From Candidatus Nomurabacteria bacterium GW2011_GWE2_34_25 (GTDB lineage: Bacteria; Patescibacteriota; Minisyncoccia; Phycocordibacterales; UBA9973): 64,000 bases of DNA. The notes below the pieces were generated by a model. The model searched no databases, was not told the origin of the DNA, and saw only the letters and a list, made by a program, of their open reading frames with translations. Both the position numbers and the translations under genes were made by a program. Location: assembly GCA_000990325.1 (NCBI GenBank), contig LBPS01000005.1:17161-81160 (forward strand), written 5' to 3'. Numbering within the stretch: position 1 is the first letter of the stretch; each line of letters begins with the position of its first letter. This document shows positions 60,838 through 64,000 of this stretch, in pieces.

Positions 60838-61608
60838 ATGGAAAACTTATACAAAGTTAAACAAATTGGCATTATTATACTTATTATTATCATAATTGGG
60901 GCAATTGTCTTAAGTATTAAAACTAATATGGAGAATGAGGTAATCATTCAAAATGAAAACCCTGTTAATAATACAGTAGAAGAAATAACCCCTGTATCTA
61001 TTTGTTACTATCGAGCAGATAAAACAGATAGGGGCTTTTACGATAAAGCTTGGCTTAAGTTAAATATTTTAGGTAATAAGGTTACAGGTGAATTCCAGCA
61101 TCTACCAGCCGAATCAGATTCAAAAGTTGGAACCTTTGAGGGCATTATTAGTCCCTTAAACCAAAAATCGATGTCTCGCTCATCTCTTGTTTGGTGGAAT
61201 TCACGAGCTGAAGGCATGGAAGTCAAAGAAGAATTGGATATCAAGTGGGGAGATGGTAGCGCTACTGTCGGATTTGGAGAAATGATTGATCGTGGTGATG
61301 GTGTATACGTTTATAAGAATAAAGACAACCTGTCATACATAAAATCTATGAGCCAAATAGACTGTGAGTATTTAGATGAGCAATTATTTGTTGAAAATTA
61401 TATTCGCGATAATATCGCAACCATTGTGACGAACAAGCCAGTCTTGGGAGGCACTTGGTACACAATAGCGATAAGTATTAACCCTTCAACAAAAACAGGT
61501 GAGGTGACATACGAGGATGGGCATATACAAAGTAAGGCAAGCTTTATCTACTCATACAACAAGTCTAATGGGGAAATTCTTTTTCCAAAATTTGAAATAA
61601 AAAAATAA
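60838..61608 (+). CDS. Hypothetical exported protein
   Basis: N-terminal TM anchor, 256 aa. Confidence 0.7.
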   Translation: MENLYKVKQIGIIILIIIIIGAIVLSIKTNMENEVIIQNENPVNNTVEEITPVSICYYRADKTDRGFYDKAWLKLNILGNKVTGEFQHLPAESDSKVGTFEGIISPLNQKSMSRSSLVWWNSRAEGMEVKEELDIKWGDGSATVGFGEMIDRGDGVYVYKNKDNLSYIKSMSQIDCEYLDEQLFVENYIRDNIATIVTNKPVLGGTWYTIAISINPSTKTGEVTYEDGHIQSKASFIYSYNKSNGEILFPKFEIKK

Positions 61609-61653
61609 TTAATCTATAATATAAATATTACAAATAATAATTTAATAAATCAT

Positions 61654-61716
61654 ATGGCAAAAGGTGACGGACATAGAAAAGAAGTTAAGAAACCAAAGAA
61701 AGTTAAGGCTAAATAA
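61654..61716 (+). CDS. Putative 20-aa basic micropeptide
   Basis: MAKGDGHRKEVKKPKKVKAK with TATAAT upstream and its own terminator. Confidence 0.5.
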   Translation: MAKGDGHRKEVKKPKKVKAK

Positions 61717-61718
61717 TA

Positions 61719-61753
61719 TCAAAAAATACTCATAGATTATGAGTATTTTTTGA
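61719..61753 (+). terminator. Terminator after micropeptide
   Basis: tcaaaaaatactcat-agatt-atgagtattttttga. Confidence 0.7.
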
Positions 61754-61762
61754 TTAGGAGAC

Positions 61763-61771
61763 TTATCCACA
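61763..61771 (+). promoter_or_regulatory. DnaA box
   Basis: Exact TTATCCACA. Confidence 0.45.
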
Positions 61772-61780
61772 GGTATTTTC

Positions 61781-61809
61781 TTGACTGTGAACGTTCGTTC
61801 ACATATACT
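61781..61809 (+). promoter_or_regulatory. Sigma70 promoter with LexA-type operator in the spacer
   Basis: TTGACT -35, TATACT -10, palindrome tgtGAAC-gttc-GTTCaca (61786-61803). Confidence 0.75.
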
Positions 61810-61892
61810 ATATATGTAAGTGATTAATAGTAATTAAGGGGTCCGTCGCGTTTCAATGGACGTTAACGCGACACGATTTCGTAAAATCGTAT

Positions 61893-62105
61893 ATGACAAG
61901 AGAACAATATTTAAAAATAATAGAACGTGAGATTCACAACATCAATAAAAGGATTGATGTCAAAATCCTTCAAGGGGAAGACTATTCAAAAGAGGCCCGC
62001 GAACACAAACAACTTCTTCATAAAATCCGCCAACACAAAAGGAGAGGGTTCTTGGGAAATTTTCTTAATTTACTAAATAGACTTCCACAATTTTCTAATA
62101 TCTAA
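61893..62105 (+). CDS. Small hypothetical protein cotranscribed with lexA
   Basis: 70-aa ORF between the SOS-type promoter and lexA. Confidence 0.65.
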   Translation: MTREQYLKIIEREIHNINKRIDVKILQGEDYSKEAREHKQLLHKIRQHKRRGFLGNFLNLLNRLPQFSNI

Positions 62106-62120
62106 TATACTAAAAGTTAT

Positions 62121-62690
62121 ATGTACAATAATTACAAAGAGAAATTAGTCCGTTTTTATAACAGAGACAAACGCATGCCTACATATACAGAGATGCTAGA
62201 TCTATTCGGATTCAAATCCAAGAACGCAGTAGCTAGACTCGTGGATAAATTCATTGAGGAAGGAATAGTTACGAAAGACCACTTGGGTCGCCTCCTTGCT
62301 GATGCATCATTTAATTCTATTCCAATGTTAGGGTCCGTTAAAGCAGGCTTTCCAGAAGATGTAGCAGAAGAAATGAAAGAGACTATCAACATCGAAGACT
62401 ATCTAATTGCCAAAAAAGAAAATTCCTACATGCTTACAGTTGATGGCGACTCTATGATTGACGCTCACATCGCCGATGGTGATATGGTCTTAGTCGAGAA
62501 AACGAACACAGCCAAAGACGGACAGATAGTTATAGCAAATGTTGATGGAGAATTTACTATGAAATATTTTAGAAAAGACAAGAACAATAGAGTCTGGCTA
62601 GAACCTGCCAACAAAGACTTCAAACCCATCTATCCTAAAATATATTTAAACATTACTGCAGTAGTAAAAGCTGTCATTAGAAAATACTAA
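62121..62690 (+). CDS. lexA: LexA-family repressor
   Basis: MPTYTEM...FKSKNAV HTH; KAGFP cleavage site; GDSM Ser; FTMK Lys. Confidence 0.9.
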   Translation: MYNNYKEKLVRFYNRDKRMPTYTEMLDLFGFKSKNAVARLVDKFIEEGIVTKDHLGRLLADASFNSIPMLGSVKAGFPEDVAEEMKETINIEDYLIAKKENSYMLTVDGDSMIDAHIADGDMVLVEKTNTAKDGQIVIANVDGEFTMKYFRKDKNNRVWLEPANKDFKPIYPKIYLNITAVVKAVIRKY

Positions 62691-62710
62691 TAAATGGTAT
62701 AATCGTCTCT

Positions 62711-64000
62711 ATGACTCAAGAACAAGCTTTTAAAATACTGAAAACTGGAGTAAATATTTATCTTACAGGGAGTGCTGGTTCTGGTAAAACTTATCTCTTA
62801 AATCAATACATATCATACTTACAAGACCACGACATTGCCGTGGCTGTTACTGCTTCGACAGGTATTGCTGCTACACATATGAATGGTATGACTATTCACG
62901 GATGGTCTGGTATAGGGGTTAAAAGCTTTATGGGAGAGCATGAGCTAGAACAACTTGAAGAAAAGAAATATTTATGGAAAAGATTCGAGAAGGCTAGAGT
63001 ATTAATAATTGACGAAGTTTCTATGCTTCATGGATTTCAGCTGGACATGATAGAAAAAGTTTGTAAGAGATTCAAGAGGAATAGTAAACCTTTCGGTGGA
63101 CTCCAAGTTATTCTCTCTGGAGATTTCTTTCAACTTCCCCCAGTAGAGAAAAGAAAAGTGACACACGAAACGCCAGAAGTCGGACTTATGTCTGAATCTC
63201 TGGACATAAGTCCGACTTCTGGCTCAAATACAAAAAGTAGCATGGTTTATGAAAGTGAGGCTTGGAAAATACTTAACCCTGCTATTTGCTACTTAACTGA
63301 ACAACACCGCCAAGAGGACAATATCTTAACTGAAATATTGAACAATGTCCGAGGAAATAATTTAGAAGAGAAACATTATGAATATTTAGACAAATGTATA
63401 GACAGAGAGCTTTCTGGTATTAAGGCGACCAAGCTCTATACCCACAATGTAAATGTAGACAACGAAAACAATCTAGAGCTTGCAAAAATTTCTGGCACAG
63501 AGAAAGTCTACAATATGACCTCGAAAGGTCATGAAATAATCGTAGACATTCTAAAGAAAAGTTGTCTTGCTCATGAAGAACTCAAACTTAAAGTTGGAGC
63601 GGAAGTAATGTGTATTAAGAATAATTTTGATAAAGGCTACGTAAATGGTTCAAGGGGTAAGGTTATAGGATTTGAGGATGATACAAGCTACCCTATAGTG
63701 AAGCTATACAACGGATTGACTGTAACTATAGCCCCCGAGCTCTGGGCAATAGAAGAAGACGGGCGAGTAAAGGCCTCCATCACTCAATTCCCACTGAGAC
63801 TTGCATGGGCTATAACTATCCATAAAAGCCAAGGAATGTCCCTAGATAACGCAGAAATAGACCTTAGAAGCACTTTTACATATGGTATGGGATATGTTGC
63901 TCTTTCGAGAGTCCGAACCCTCTCTGGCATATGTTTAATAGGATTTACAAAGGAGTCACTTTTAGTAGATCCTAGAATTTTGGAGTTAGACCAAGAGCTC
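62711..64000 (+). CDS. PIF1-like SF1B DNA helicase, truncated by the window end
   Basis: TGSAGSGKT, IIDEVSM, GDFFQLPPV, QFPLRLAWAITIHKSQGMSLD. Confidence 0.93.
   Translation, partial: MTQEQAFKILKTGVNIYLTGSAGSGKTYLLNQYISYLQDHDIAVAVTASTGIAATHMNGMTIHGWSGIGVKSFMGEHELEQLEEKKYLWKRFEKARVLIIDEVSMLHGFQLDMIEKVCKRFKRNSKPFGGLQVILSGDFFQLPPVEKRKVTHETPEVGLMSESLDISPTSGSNTKSSMVYESEAWKILNPAICYLTEQHRQEDNILTEILNNVRGNNLEEKHYEYLDKCIDRELSGIKATKLYTHNVNVDNENNLELAKISGTEKVYNMTSKGHEIIVDILKKSCLAHEELKLKVGAEVMCIKNNFDKGYVNGSRGKVIGFEDDTSYPIVKLYNGLTVTIAPELWAIEEDGRVKASITQFPLRLAWAITIHKSQGMSLDNAEIDLRSTFTYGMGYVALSRVRTLSGICLIGFTKESLLVDPRILELDQEL
63172..63223. repeat. Inverted REP-like doublet in frame within the helicase
   Basis: gccagaagtcggacttatgtc...gacataagtccgacttctggc (21-bp perfect arms). 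Confidence 0.85.

Noticed and set aside
61763-61771. Replication origin
   Set aside because: Single DnaA box (plus weak matches near 26283); no box cluster or dnaA/dnaN nearby.

Overview
AT-rich bacterial chromosome segment, most likely from a CPR/Patescibacteria (Parcubacteria-like) genome. This assignment is inferred from the compact genes, split transketolase, archaeal-type AspRS, PaaX/Cas2-like and RAYT-like genes, and baseplate-J-like ORF. The window is mostly housekeeping: infA-rpmJ-alpha operon-rplM-rpsI, grpE/dnaK/dnaJ, aminoacyl-tRNA synthetases, dnaB/recR, scpAB, mraY-ftsW-murG, pentose-phosphate/glycolysis genes, a complete F1Fo operon, rarA, lexA, a PIF1-like helicase and two tRNAs. 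It also holds an arginine-to-putrescine/homospermidine polyamine operon. The most unusual signal is a non-coding layer of small structured elements. (1) Two homologous cassettes (about 160 and 215 bp) at the 3' ends of tRNA-Leu and tRNA-Ile, and an architecturally similar ~290 bp one at rpsI, carry an antisense copy of their own target and end in a direct copy of it; the tRNA pair share a conserved scaffold. (2) An HUH/RAYT transposase is bracketed by 22-bp inverted repeats whose triloop hairpin type recurs across the window, including in-frame inside dapF (3 copies), atpG (2), gatB and the helicase. (3) Two further two-copy families of long structured intergenic elements and heptamer arrays sit at gene junctions. 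Extended -10 boxes 6-8 nt before ATG suggest widespread leaderless mRNAs. rpoA and rplQ each have a frameshifting internal deletion, probably an assembly error. All calls were made by eye without database searches.
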